Source: Paludibacteraceae bacterium
Lineage (GTDB): Bacteria > Bacteroidota > Bacteroidia > Bacteroidales > Paludibacteraceae
DNA: 64,000 nt
Direction: 5' to 3'
Assembly (NCBI GenBank): GCA_017448345.1
Contig: JAFSLP010000088.1
Coordinates: forward strand, 859 to 64,858
Shown here: piece by piece, positions 1 through 7,503 of the stretch
Layout: each line of letters opens with the position of its first letter
Numbering within the stretch: the first letter of the stretch is position 1
The notes under the pieces: generated by a model
Databases searched by the model: none
What the model saw: only the letters and a program-made list of their open reading frames with translations
Told to the model about the DNA's origin: nothing
Program-made: the position numbers and the translations under genes

Positions 1-24
1 CCGTTCCGTCGGAAGAACGCTCCG

Positions 25-67
25 CATTTTGCGCTGCAAAATTACTGCTTTTTTTTGATATATGCAA
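25..67 (-). promoter_or_regulatory. Minus-strand Bacteroides-type promoter pointing out of the window; left copy of the 43-bp direct repeat (candidate attL core)
   Basis: The reverse complement reads cTTG-N20-TAATTTTGCAGCG, with the -7 box at 37-44. The -33 position is CTTG here but TTTG in the right-hand copy. Confidence 0.5.
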
Positions 68-213
68 GTATTTTGAAAAAAAAGTTAGTTCGTGCTTTTG
101 TTTTTTTTGCGGTTAAAGTTTCGAAAACAAAGTATATTATATATACATATATAATATAGTATGAAAATGCATAAATTTTGTTGTTTTATTCTGACAGATG
201 CCTGACGTTACTA

Positions 214-257
214 TTGACTGTCGGTTGACCGTCGGTTGACCGTCGGCTGACTGTCGG
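214..257. repeat. Tandem repeat, 4 x 11 bp (TTGACYGTCGG)
   Basis: Units read directly: ttgactgtcgg / ttgaccgtcgg / ttgaccgtcgg / ctgactgtcgg. The period is one helical turn. The array is about 150 bp inside the left repeat and is preceded by an alternating AT tract at 133-165. Confidence 0.9.
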
Positions 258-392
258 TTTTGATAGCTTCCAGTATGCTGGAGACATGCTTTCTCTATTC
301 ACCTAAGTTAGGCTCTGAGTATATAAAACAGCAGCGACATTTCTGCCGCCGCTGGTTTACTCTAACTTTCGCATTTGCGAAAGATAAATCAA

Positions 393-677
393 TTAACATG
401 GATTGAAAAAATATGTTTTTCCATTATAACTAAAGCAATATTTGAAACAAGTTGCCCAATTCATGTCAGGAGCACACATATTTGAATTAGCATAAGGATT
501 TTCTCTCACATAAATATTTTCTTCGTTTATTCTAACATAACCACAACTGCCATAAGATGTGCCTGGAGAGTAGTCTACTTGAACAGATTCATACTTTTCG
601 CAAAATGCAGGAACATCACAAGCATAAATCATACCTGCAAATAGTAATGCAGCAAATGACATTATAATTTTTTTCAT
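393..677 (-). CDS. Small secreted Cys-rich protein, probable lipoprotein (94 aa)
   Basis: The N-terminal signal peptide MKKIIMSFAALLFAGMIYAC has a lipobox-like Cys. The mature part has 7 further Cys. The gene is AT-rich relative to its neighbours (moron-like). Confidence 0.5.
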   Translation of the reverse strand: MKKIIMSFAALLFAGMIYACDVPAFCEKYESVQVDYSPGTSYGSCGYVRINEENIYVRENPYANSNMCAPDMNWATCFKYCFSYNGKTYFFNPC

Positions 678-1112
678 TTGTTTTGTTGGCGGTTATATCC
701 CATCGCCTCATCGGTTTAAATAATTAATTTGTTGTTTATACAAGTACACGAAAACGTGGACTTTTTGTGGATATATTGGTCTGTTCAGGGTCTCGACTCC
801 CTTTTGGCTCCAATATACGCAAAAAGCCCACGTGAACACGTGAGCGTTTCGCAGTATTCGGGAAAGCCAAAATTCAAGTTGTCGAGAAATGAACAGTTTC
901 CTCAAATAAAGCAAACGCTTATTTTATCCCTTAGCGCACACTTGCGCTTGTCCTTGCTGTTTTACGTCGGTAAACGGGACGTTGGTTGTAATGGATTGAA
1001 AATAAGAAAGTTACAAACTATACTGACGAGTGTCGTTAAACAATAGATAAACTCTGTATTATTTTTGGTATATGTTTGTGTGATGAGGATATGATGATAT
1101 CCAAATCGGCTG

Positions 1113-1144
1113 CAAAGGTACAACAAATTTTTGACATGTGCAAA
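1113..1144 (-). promoter_or_regulatory. Minus-strand consensus promoter (TTTG-N20-TACCTTTG)
   Basis: The reverse complement of 1113-1120 is TACCTTTG, and TTTG lies at 1141-1144 (rc). The 14-nt core GTTGTACCTTTGCA is identical to the cores at 13771-13784 (-) and 50958-50971 (+). Confidence 0.55.
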
Positions 1145-1193
1145 TAAAAAACCTGCATTGTGATATTTTTCTATCACTTTGCAGGCTTTTTTT
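1145..1193. terminator. Bidirectional rho-independent terminator
   Basis: Stem 1152-1165 pairs with 1172-1185 (12 pairs with one 2-nt internal mismatch). The loop is tttttc. The hairpin is flanked by A6 upstream and T7 downstream and lies just after the stop of the 1212-1748 (-) gene. Confidence 0.7.
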
Positions 1194-1211
1194 ACAAATC
1201 AGCAGGTGCTG

Positions 1212-1748
1212 CTAACACGTGGGAGTGTTGTATATGCGGTCTTGCAATGCGTAGCCGAGCAAGAACCAGACCTTTTCCTCCAGACGTTTCAGGCAAATCT
1301 CCTTGCCGATGTTCTCATCGTAGTTTCTCGGGTCCACACAGGTAGTGCTCTCGCGAAGCGTGAAGCCGTTTTTCATACGGATGGTCACATAGGTAGTCGG
1401 CTTGCCGAACTCTTCAACCGTGCGGACAATCACATCCTTCATGTTCTCGTCCACCTGTTGTTTGGTGACGGTATTACGCTTTGCCGGTAACTCAGGCGCG
1501 TGCAGTTCAACGCCCTCCATCTTTGCGCGTGCTTCCAGTACGGCTTTGTAGTCGGACATGGAGCGAATCTGCGTGTCATACAATGAGCGCGGACATGTCG
1601 GCGTGAAGTTCAGTTCGCCCTTATCCCATTTCTCCACCATTGCTTGGAGTTTGGCGAGACGGGTTTCCAGTTGGTAGTACTCGGCGCGGAAGCGCTCTTT
1701 GTAATCGGAGCTGCCCATCATGGCAGCGGTTTCAATCAGTTCTTTCAT
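1212..1748 (-). CDS. Phage protein with an N4 gp49 / Sf6 gp66-like C-terminal region (178 aa)
   Basis: The N-terminal part looks coiled-coil. The C-terminal ...DENIGKEICLKRLEEKVWFLLGYAL resembles the conserved end of the gp49/gp66 family (from memory, no HMM run). Confidence 0.5.
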   Translation of the reverse strand: MKELIETAAMMGSSDYKERFRAEYYQLETRLAKLQAMVEKWDKGELNFTPTCPRSLYDTQIRSMSDYKAVLEARAKMEGVELHAPELPAKRNTVTKQQVDENMKDVIVRTVEEFGKPTTYVTIRMKNGFTLRESTTCVDPRNYDENIGKEICLKRLEEKVWFLLGYALQDRIYNTPTC

Positions 1749-1767
1749 TGTGTGAATGATTTAATTG

Positions 1768-2295
1768 TTATTCTTCAAAGTTGGTGTCCTCTGTGGCGGG
1801 AAGACCATTATGGATGGCTTCTGCGGCAGCGGCACGCTTGCTTTCATCTTTACGGTTCTTGGCCGTGAGCGGGTCGATGACTCTTTCATTAGGGGCTTTG
1901 GAGTAAGCGAAGAGGAGAAGTTTGGTGTAATATGCACACTTATCCGCAGCTTTGAGCGTTTCCCAGTTTGCCCAAAACCTATCCATCCGCTCCATGAGTT
2001 GCTGCCGGATGAGTTCACGAAACTCATCCTGCTCAACTACTTTTCCTTTCGGCTTCGGTCCGGGTTTCTTCGGAGTCTCTTCCGTGGCAAGGAAAGCGTT
2101 CGGGCAAAAGTCTATAACATTATCCCTCACGTTATAGGCAATCTCTTTCGTGCCGAACGAGTTTGGTACGGACATAGGAGTGTCCTCCTCGTGCCATTTG
2201 ATTTCATCCGGAACGATGTCTTTCGGCTTTACCTTATCCCTGCGGACTACTTTGCCGAGGGATGTGATAACCCAATCTTGTGCTACTCTGCTCAT
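1768..2295 (-). CDS. Hypothetical phage protein (175 aa)
   Basis: Its start overlaps the stop of the upstream gene (2292-2744) by 4 nt, consistent with translational coupling. Composition is protein-like with a basic/acidic helical C-terminus. The overlapping + strand ORF (1765-2307) looks like a shadow ORF. Confidence 0.6.
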   Translation of the reverse strand: MSRVAQDWVITSLGKVVRRDKVKPKDIVPDEIKWHEEDTPMSVPNSFGTKEIAYNVRDNVIDFCPNAFLATEETPKKPGPKPKGKVVEQDEFRELIRQQLMERMDRFWANWETLKAADKCAYYTKLLLFAYSKAPNERVIDPLTAKNRKDESKRAAAAEAIHNGLPATEDTNFEE

Positions 2296-2744
2296 TTGAC
2301 CGCTTGAAGTTTGCCAAAGATACGATTCATACGAATCTTCTCCATGTACTTAATCCATTTTGTCTGACGGCGGTTGCGTTCCTCCAGCGAAATGCCGTTG
2401 CTATTATTCCGGTCAATAGGTGTATAGTAGAGGCAATCACGCATGATGTCGAGGTGCGTAATGTTTTTCGGGAGCATCGAGATTTTGAATGTGCGCAGAC
2501 GACCATCCACTAGTTTGCGTACGCGACGAGGTTTTTTCATTGCTTTGATGTCATCATTACACAGCCAAATCAGTTTTCCGACATTGTTTTCGATAACATA
2601 GAAGCGCTTGTTTTTTGCTCTTTGAAGAGAGTCGGCCATGAAGATAGCAAAATCAAGACGCAAGGCATCCATCTTCAGTTGGCAGAGCACTCTAAACATC
2701 AGCCACTTTTCAATGATGTGGGCTTTCAATTCACTTGTTTTCAT
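2292..2744 (-). CDS. Hypothetical phage protein (150 aa)
   Basis: Tightly packed in the minus-strand operon. No motif recognised. Confidence 0.55.
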   Translation of the reverse strand: MKTSELKAHIIEKWLMFRVLCQLKMDALRLDFAIFMADSLQRAKNKRFYVIENNVGKLIWLCNDDIKAMKKPRRVRKLVDGRLRTFKISMLPKNITHLDIMRDCLYYTPIDRNNSNGISLEERNRRQTKWIKYMEKIRMNRIFGKLQAVK

Positions 2745-2749
2745 TTCGA

Positions 2750-3265
2750 TTATTTTATTTTGAGTTTATCTATCGCACAACGAATCACCATGAACAGCGC
2801 ACCATATATAAAAGCGTATATGTGCAGGGGCGTGTTGCTATTCCCCACGAAGCACTGTATTCCAATGGCTATCGCTACATATATATAATTTTTCAGTTGC
2901 CTGACGGTAGGGTTTAGCACCAGTATCATGCCGAGCATGGCAAATATCAGACCGGATGCGCCGACAGTAGGTATCTCGGCTGATGCACAAAGACCGGCGA
3001 GTGTCGCTGCGGCAAACATTCCGAAATCGACACGCTCATCCCCAAAGCGGGTAACGCTTAATGCCAGCACTCGCTTGTACAATATGACATATGCAATACA
3101 GTTAATGACAAGGTGAGACCAGGAAGAGTGAGCGAAGTGATAGGTAAGACATCCCCATAGATGCTCATTGCTCACACCCATAGCATATAACGTTTCTTCC
3201 CCGAGTACTATGTATAGCAACAGGCAGAGCGTTATAAAGAAGCATGTCTTGAAGATTCTCTGCAT
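2750..3265 (-). CDS. Rhomboid-family intramembrane serine protease (171 aa, compact)
   Basis: It has the HxxxxHxxxN motif (HFAHSSWSHLVIN), the catalytic GxSG motif (VGASGLIFAMLG) and a distal His in a TM helix (TPLHIYAFIYG). Multiple hydrophobic helices are present. Confidence 0.7.
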   Translation of the reverse strand: MQRIFKTCFFITLCLLLYIVLGEETLYAMGVSNEHLWGCLTYHFAHSSWSHLVINCIAYVILYKRVLALSVTRFGDERVDFGMFAAATLAGLCASAEIPTVGASGLIFAMLGMILVLNPTVRQLKNYIYVAIAIGIQCFVGNSNTPLHIYAFIYGALFMVIRCAIDKLKIK

Positions 3266-3441
3266 AGTTTTCTGTGCTGTGCCATAGCGCGGTAGTAGAA
3301 CACTACTGCGGATGACGGGTTAAGATAGAAAGACGGTGCCGGTTGTTCCAGTACATCCTGCATAACTGCATACTTAAAGTCGCTCGTTCCGCCGTTGATG
3401 AGAGCGTCGTACTTGGCGAATATGCTCAAATACATATTCAC
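3232..3441 (-). CDS. Hypothetical protein; the annotated start is a GTG, but the frame stays open and protein-like up to 3702
   Basis: The ORF track gives 69 aa. By hand translation the same frame has no stop back to TAG at 3705-3703. It also contains an upstream copy of a repeated motif (PAPQFYITPKQALAEYRIY vs PAPSFYLNPSSAVVFYYRA). Confidence 0.4.
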   Translation of the reverse strand: MNMYLSIFAKYDALINGGTSDFKYAVMQDVLEQPAPSFYLNPSSAVVFYYRAMAQHRKLCRESSRHASL

Positions 3442-3694
3442 AAGCAGCGGATTGGAGGTTGTCAGACTCCCTGTCTGTTTGTAAATACGGTATTCGGCAA
3501 GCGCCTGCTTTGGAGTTATATAGAACTGCGGAGCAGGAGAGGAGGCGGCGATGGCGCAAATTCTTCGAAGTGGTGTCTGCTTGTGCAGAGGGGAATGGAT
3601 TAGGTTGTCTACTGCGGCTATAAAATGCTGTTTACGCAGTCGGTTGTTGTAAATGCGTTCGTTTCTTACGGAGCGTTGCTGATTAAATTTTGTG

Positions 3695-3726
3695 CAAAGA
3701 TACTACTTTTTTGGCAAACTGCCAAA
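3695..3726 (-). promoter_or_regulatory. Minus-strand consensus promoter (TTTG-N20-TATCTTTG) for the 3.7-1.2 kb leftward operon
   Basis: The reverse complement of 3695-3702 is TATCTTTG, and the reverse complement of 3723-3726 is TTTG. It is divergent from the late promoter at 3822. Confidence 0.55.
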
Positions 3727-3794
3727 AAAAGTATAAAAATAGTATCATTTACTGCAATTTATTATTGACTATTACTGCAAAAAGCGTGACTGCT

Positions 3795-3829
3795 GCCGCA
3801 ATCGGTTTATAAAATAAGCAGTAATTTTG
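3795..3829 (+). promoter_or_regulatory. Plus-strand promoter of the late (structural) operon
   Basis: The -7 box TAATTTTG at 3822-3829 lies within AGCAGTAATTTTGCAGCG, 42 nt upstream of the ATG at 3871. The same extended core occurs at 21202-21219. Confidence 0.5.
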
Positions 3830-3870
3830 CAGCGATTTTGAAATTTGTTCACTTTTAAATACGCAAAACT

Positions 3871-4791
3871 ATGACGGACGAAGAGAAAAAAGCACAGGAA
3901 GCCGCAGCCGAAGCAGCGGCAGCAGCAGAGCAGGCAGGTGGAGAGACCGGCGGCGAAGCAGGCAGTCAGGCCGGTGATGGCGGAGACGGCGGTAATGGAG
4001 GCGGCGAGGCAGCCGCAGCAGCCAATGCAGAAGAAGAAACCGGCACCCAGCAAGAAGAGAAACTGCCGAAAGAATTGCTCTACGAGCGAGTTCGCACCAG
4101 TTTTCCGGACGGCAAATATGACGAGGATGAACAGGAGTATTATCGCAAACTGACGGAAATGCTTGACAATGCAGAAACCGGCAATAAGAAATACAATGAG
4201 TTCACCGAGAAGTTGATGCGCCGTTACAAGGACGACCCGGAAGAGGTTGCTATCCTGCTTGACTATATCGAGGGTATGCCTCTCATCCAAGCCATTGTCA
4301 AGCACAAAGGCGAGGAGGCTCTTACGATGCGTGAGGGCGATGAAGGATGGGAAGGTTATCAACAGGCGGTACAAACCAGAAATGCCGACCGTGAGCGCTA
4401 CATGGGTCTGATGGAAGAGGTTAAGGGTAACCTGTCCTCTACCGTAAAAGAGTTCAATGAATGGGCTGACGAGTTGCAACTGGACGATGAGAAGCGTACC
4501 AAAGTATGGGAAATCATCAACGATGACCTTAACAACATCAGTCGCGGCAAGTTCAGCAAGGAGATTCTGAACCGCTATCGCAGCGCACTTGACCACGACA
4601 CGGATGTAGAGGGTGCATACGAGCAAGGCAAAGCCGATGGCAAGAACGAGGCTATTGATGCCAAGCGAGAGCAGATGAAAGGCTCCGGACTCCCCAACGG
4701 AAACGGCGGTGGTAAAGAGCACGAAGAGAAAGAAGAGAAAAAGACTACAGACCCGACGGCAGCGTGGCTTGAGAGTTTGAGGCATAAATAA
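3871..4791 (+). CDS. Scaffolding-like acidic coiled-coil protein (306 aa)
   Basis: It has an Ala/Glu/Gly-rich N-terminus, a highly charged helical body and a Gly-rich C-terminus, and it lies immediately upstream of the putative capsid gene. The long antisense ORF 3772-4992 is a shadow. Confidence 0.5.
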   Translation: MTDEEKKAQEAAAEAAAAAEQAGGETGGEAGSQAGDGGDGGNGGGEAAAAANAEEETGTQQEEKLPKELLYERVRTSFPDGKYDEDEQEYYRKLTEMLDNAETGNKKYNEFTEKLMRRYKDDPEEVAILLDYIEGMPLIQAIVKHKGEEALTMREGDEGWEGYQQAVQTRNADRERYMGLMEEVKGNLSSTVKEFNEWADELQLDDEKRTKVWEIINDDLNNISRGKFSKEILNRYRSALDHDTDVEGAYEQGKADGKNEAIDAKREQMKGSGLPNGNGGGKEHEEKEEKKTTDPTAAWLESLRHK

Positions 4792-4818
4792 CATTATTAA
4801 CAACAAACAACAACAGAC

Positions 4819-6240
4819 ATGAAAAAGTTTTTGAAAGACTTTAGCGTAATGGGCTTTCTGATGTTCATTATGTGTTTGGTACTCGGCGTTGGCGACATGT
4901 CGGGTGCTGTAATGAGCGCCAACGGAGCGGCAGCTGCGGCTGAGGTTCCCGGTGCTGGTGAAACCACGGAGACCGTCACCACTCTCCCGCACGGAGACGG
5001 TGGCGCGTTAGAGACCTTGGATATCCGTGCTCTGCGTGCGGATATGATTGATGACCCGATTGACCAGAACTTGGTAAAGATTCGTCCGGGTCTGAACCGA
5101 ATGGATACCATTCTGCGTTATTTCAAACCTGTTCCGACGAACAACTTCGAGTATGATTTCTATTCGATTGCGACCAAGGGTTTGAGTAATGCGCTGAATG
5201 CGGCTGCAACCATCCATAATGACACGGATGTACGCAACGTGTACGGTAGTGCTCCGTTGAAAGGCGGCGTAACTGATGTAGGTGAGGGCGACTGCTTCTA
5301 TGTACCGTCTATTGCCGGTGCAGGCGAGGACACCACTCCGCTTATGCTGTATGTTTACGAGAAAGACCTTGACAACAGCGCTATCAAGTTCACCATTGCG
5401 GAAGACCAGATGTCGAAGACTACCAGTAACGGTACGACTACGTACAGTATTCCGGCTATTGCAAAAGACACCCCCATCTTCCTGCTTTCCCGTGCAGCTG
5501 ACGAGTTGGCGGTAAAGACCGATGCGGCTTCCGTACTTCCGAAACCGACCCACGGTTACTGCCAATACCATATTGCGCAGATTGCACAGTCCACTTTCGA
5601 GAAGATGATGGATAAGAAATTCCAATGGGATTTCTCGGAGGTTGAGGAGCAGGTATTGTACGAATACCGTCGCAAGGTAGAGGGTGCTATCCTGTTCAAT
5701 AAGGGTGCAAAGATTTGGAACCGCAAGTTGAACAAGTATGTTTACACGATGAGCGGTATCACTCGTCAGATTACCAAGAGCTACGAGCTTGACCTTAGCG
5801 ATATGACCAAGGGCAATGATGCACTTGTCAGTCTGGAGAAGTACGTATTCACCGGCAACAGCGGTTCGGAGACTCGTATTCTGCTTGGTGGTAGCGAGTT
5901 CATCGAAGCAATTTCCAAGATTAAGGCTGTTCAGAAGCAGCAAGAGGCTGGCAATACAGAGGTTGTATTCGGTATGACTTGGAACAAGATTGTTTCCAAC
6001 TTCGGTACTCTGTTGCTTGCTCATGCTGAAATCTTCGATGAGTACGGCTGGAGTGACAAGGGTCTTGTTCTTGACCCGGTATTCCTCCGCAAGTGGCAGT
6101 TGCAGTCGTTTAAGGCTAAACCGTACGACGGCGAGGAGTTGATGATTATGAAGGGCGAAATGAAAGTCTTCTCGGAGGTATTCGGTGTTTCTGTTTACAA
6201 TCCGGATGTTCACTGCAAAGTAACTCTGCGGTTGTCATAA
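4819..6240 (+). CDS. Putative major capsid protein (473 aa)
   Basis: The call rests on its position after the scaffold-like gene, its size, and the strong terminator that follows. No motif was verified. The N-terminal ~60 aa are hydrophobic and Ala-rich, so the start may be later or this may be a propeptide. Confidence 0.5.
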   Translation: MKKFLKDFSVMGFLMFIMCLVLGVGDMSGAVMSANGAAAAAEVPGAGETTETVTTLPHGDGGALETLDIRALRADMIDDPIDQNLVKIRPGLNRMDTILRYFKPVPTNNFEYDFYSIATKGLSNALNAAATIHNDTDVRNVYGSAPLKGGVTDVGEGDCFYVPSIAGAGEDTTPLMLYVYEKDLDNSAIKFTIAEDQMSKTTSNGTTTYSIPAIAKDTPIFLLSRAADELAVKTDAASVLPKPTHGYCQYHIAQIAQSTFEKMMDKKFQWDFSEVEEQVLYEYRRKVEGAILFNKGAKIWNRKLNKYVYTMSGITRQITKSYELDLSDMTKGNDALVSLEKYVFTGNSGSETRILLGGSEFIEAISKIKAVQKQQEAGNTEVVFGMTWNKIVSNFGTLLLAHAEIFDEYGWSDKGLVLDPVFLRKWQLQSFKAKPYDGEELMIMKGEMKVFSEVFGVSVYNPDVHCKVTLRLS

Positions 6241-6265
6241 GGCAACAGTCATCGAGAAATCATAG

Positions 6266-6313
6266 GGGGCTTATGAGGACATAAGAGCCTCGTAAGCCCC
6301 TGTATTTTTTTTT
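6266..6313 (+). terminator. Rho-independent terminator after the capsid gene
   Basis: A 13-bp GC-rich stem (6266-6278 pairing with 6288-6300, one G-U), a 9-nt loop, then tgta plus T9. Confidence 0.8.
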
Positions 6314-6334
6314 ACTATTTAATAATGAGATAAT

Positions 6335-6799
6335 ATGCAAAAGACTTATAAGACACTTGCCAGCAGTGCAGTCATACAGGTGCAAACCAGTAAGGGTGTG
6401 CGTCAAGTATATCTCCGTAATGGATTCATCGGTAACGGTTCCCGTCGCGGCGGCGTGTTCACAACTGAAGACGAGGAGTTACAAGCCGGTATCGAGAAAC
6501 ATGTTCGTTTCAACAGCGGGTTTGCAGACCAGATTTGGTGTGATGATGTTCCTGTGAAGAAAGAGCAGCCCAAGCCTGTCAAGGAAGAGCAGAAGAAAGA
6601 GGCGGCAGAGACTCCGGCAGACGGAGCACCTCTGAACGGGGCTAATGCGAAGCCGACCTATCCGGATGTGACGAAGTTGGCAGAGGTTCGTACTATTCTG
6701 AAAGAGCAGTATGGCAAGACCGCTGCCGAGATTAAGAGCAATGCGCAGGTGATGGCTCTGATTAACGAATTAGGTTTGGTATTCCCTAATCTGAAATAA
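6335..6799 (+). CDS. Hypothetical head-associated protein (154 aa)
   Basis: It lies in the head module and has a Lys/Glu/Pro-rich linker in the middle. Confidence 0.55.
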   Translation: MQKTYKTLASSAVIQVQTSKGVRQVYLRNGFIGNGSRRGGVFTTEDEELQAGIEKHVRFNSGFADQIWCDDVPVKKEQPKPVKEEQKKEAAETPADGAPLNGANAKPTYPDVTKLAEVRTILKEQYGKTAAEIKSNAQVMALINELGLVFPNLK

Positions 6800-6801
6800 C
6801 T

Positions 6802-7503
6802 ATGCTGGGCAAGGAAATACGCAATCTGGTGCTTGTGAAGTTGGAGGAGTACACTCCGTACGGTCCTGATTCGGGTCGTGCTTTGCTTGCAGGTGGGGAT
6901 AAACTCGATGAGAAGAAACCCATCTACAGCTATGTTGCGCAACATCTTGCAGAAGCAGCCAATGAAGTGCTACTGGTGGCGCCGGTACACCGACTGCTGT
7001 ATAAGGCGGTAGGTGTAACCGGCACGCCGGATGCAGACGACAACCGTATCGGAAGTATCAGTCTGCCGGATGATTTTCTGCGCATCCATACGCTATGGAT
7101 GGAGGGCTGGAGGCGACCTGTTCACGAGACCATCAAAGCCGGTCATCCATTGTACAATCTGCAATTCAGTCCATGGAAGCGCGGAACAAAGCAGAAGCCC
7201 GTCGCTGTACTTTGCGGACGCGGAGATATCCATAAGGAAACCGATGCGGAGCAAGGTGAGCATCTTGTTTTTGACGAGCAGCAGACTATCCGGTATTTCA
7301 GCGTTGATGCAGGAACAGAGCACCCTGTAAAAGAGTTCAAGTATATACCCAAATTTGATGGAGAATATGATTATGAGCGCGAGGTAGCCGAACTAATTGC
7401 CTTGCAATGCGCACGCAAAGTATGTGAGGTATTCGGAATGACCGAGCAGATAGGTATAATGACAAGTGAATTTAATTCCGTACTGGAGAATATACGTTTA
7501 TGA
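6802..7503 (+). CDS. Hypothetical head/connector protein (233 aa)
   Basis: The start is 3 nt after the upstream stop, and the stop overlaps the next start (ATGA). Confidence 0.55.
   Translation: MLGKEIRNLVLVKLEEYTPYGPDSGRALLAGGDKLDEKKPIYSYVAQHLAEAANEVLLVAPVHRLLYKAVGVTGTPDADDNRIGSISLPDDFLRIHTLWMEGWRRPVHETIKAGHPLYNLQFSPWKRGTKQKPVAVLCGRGDIHKETDAEQGEHLVFDEQQTIRYFSVDAGTEHPVKEFKYIPKFDGEYDYEREVAELIALQCARKVCEVFGMTEQIGIMTSEFNSVLENIRL

Noticed and set aside
3772-6213. Long antisense ORFs (3772-4992, 406 aa; 5008-6213, 401 aa). Similar ones lie opposite terL (19923-21041), the 341-aa gene (21357-22196) and the giant gene (29532-30290, 32281-33138).
   Set aside because: Their composition is Cys/Leu/Arg-rich and not protein-like. 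They exactly shadow well-supported genes on the other strand, so they are typical shadow ORFs.
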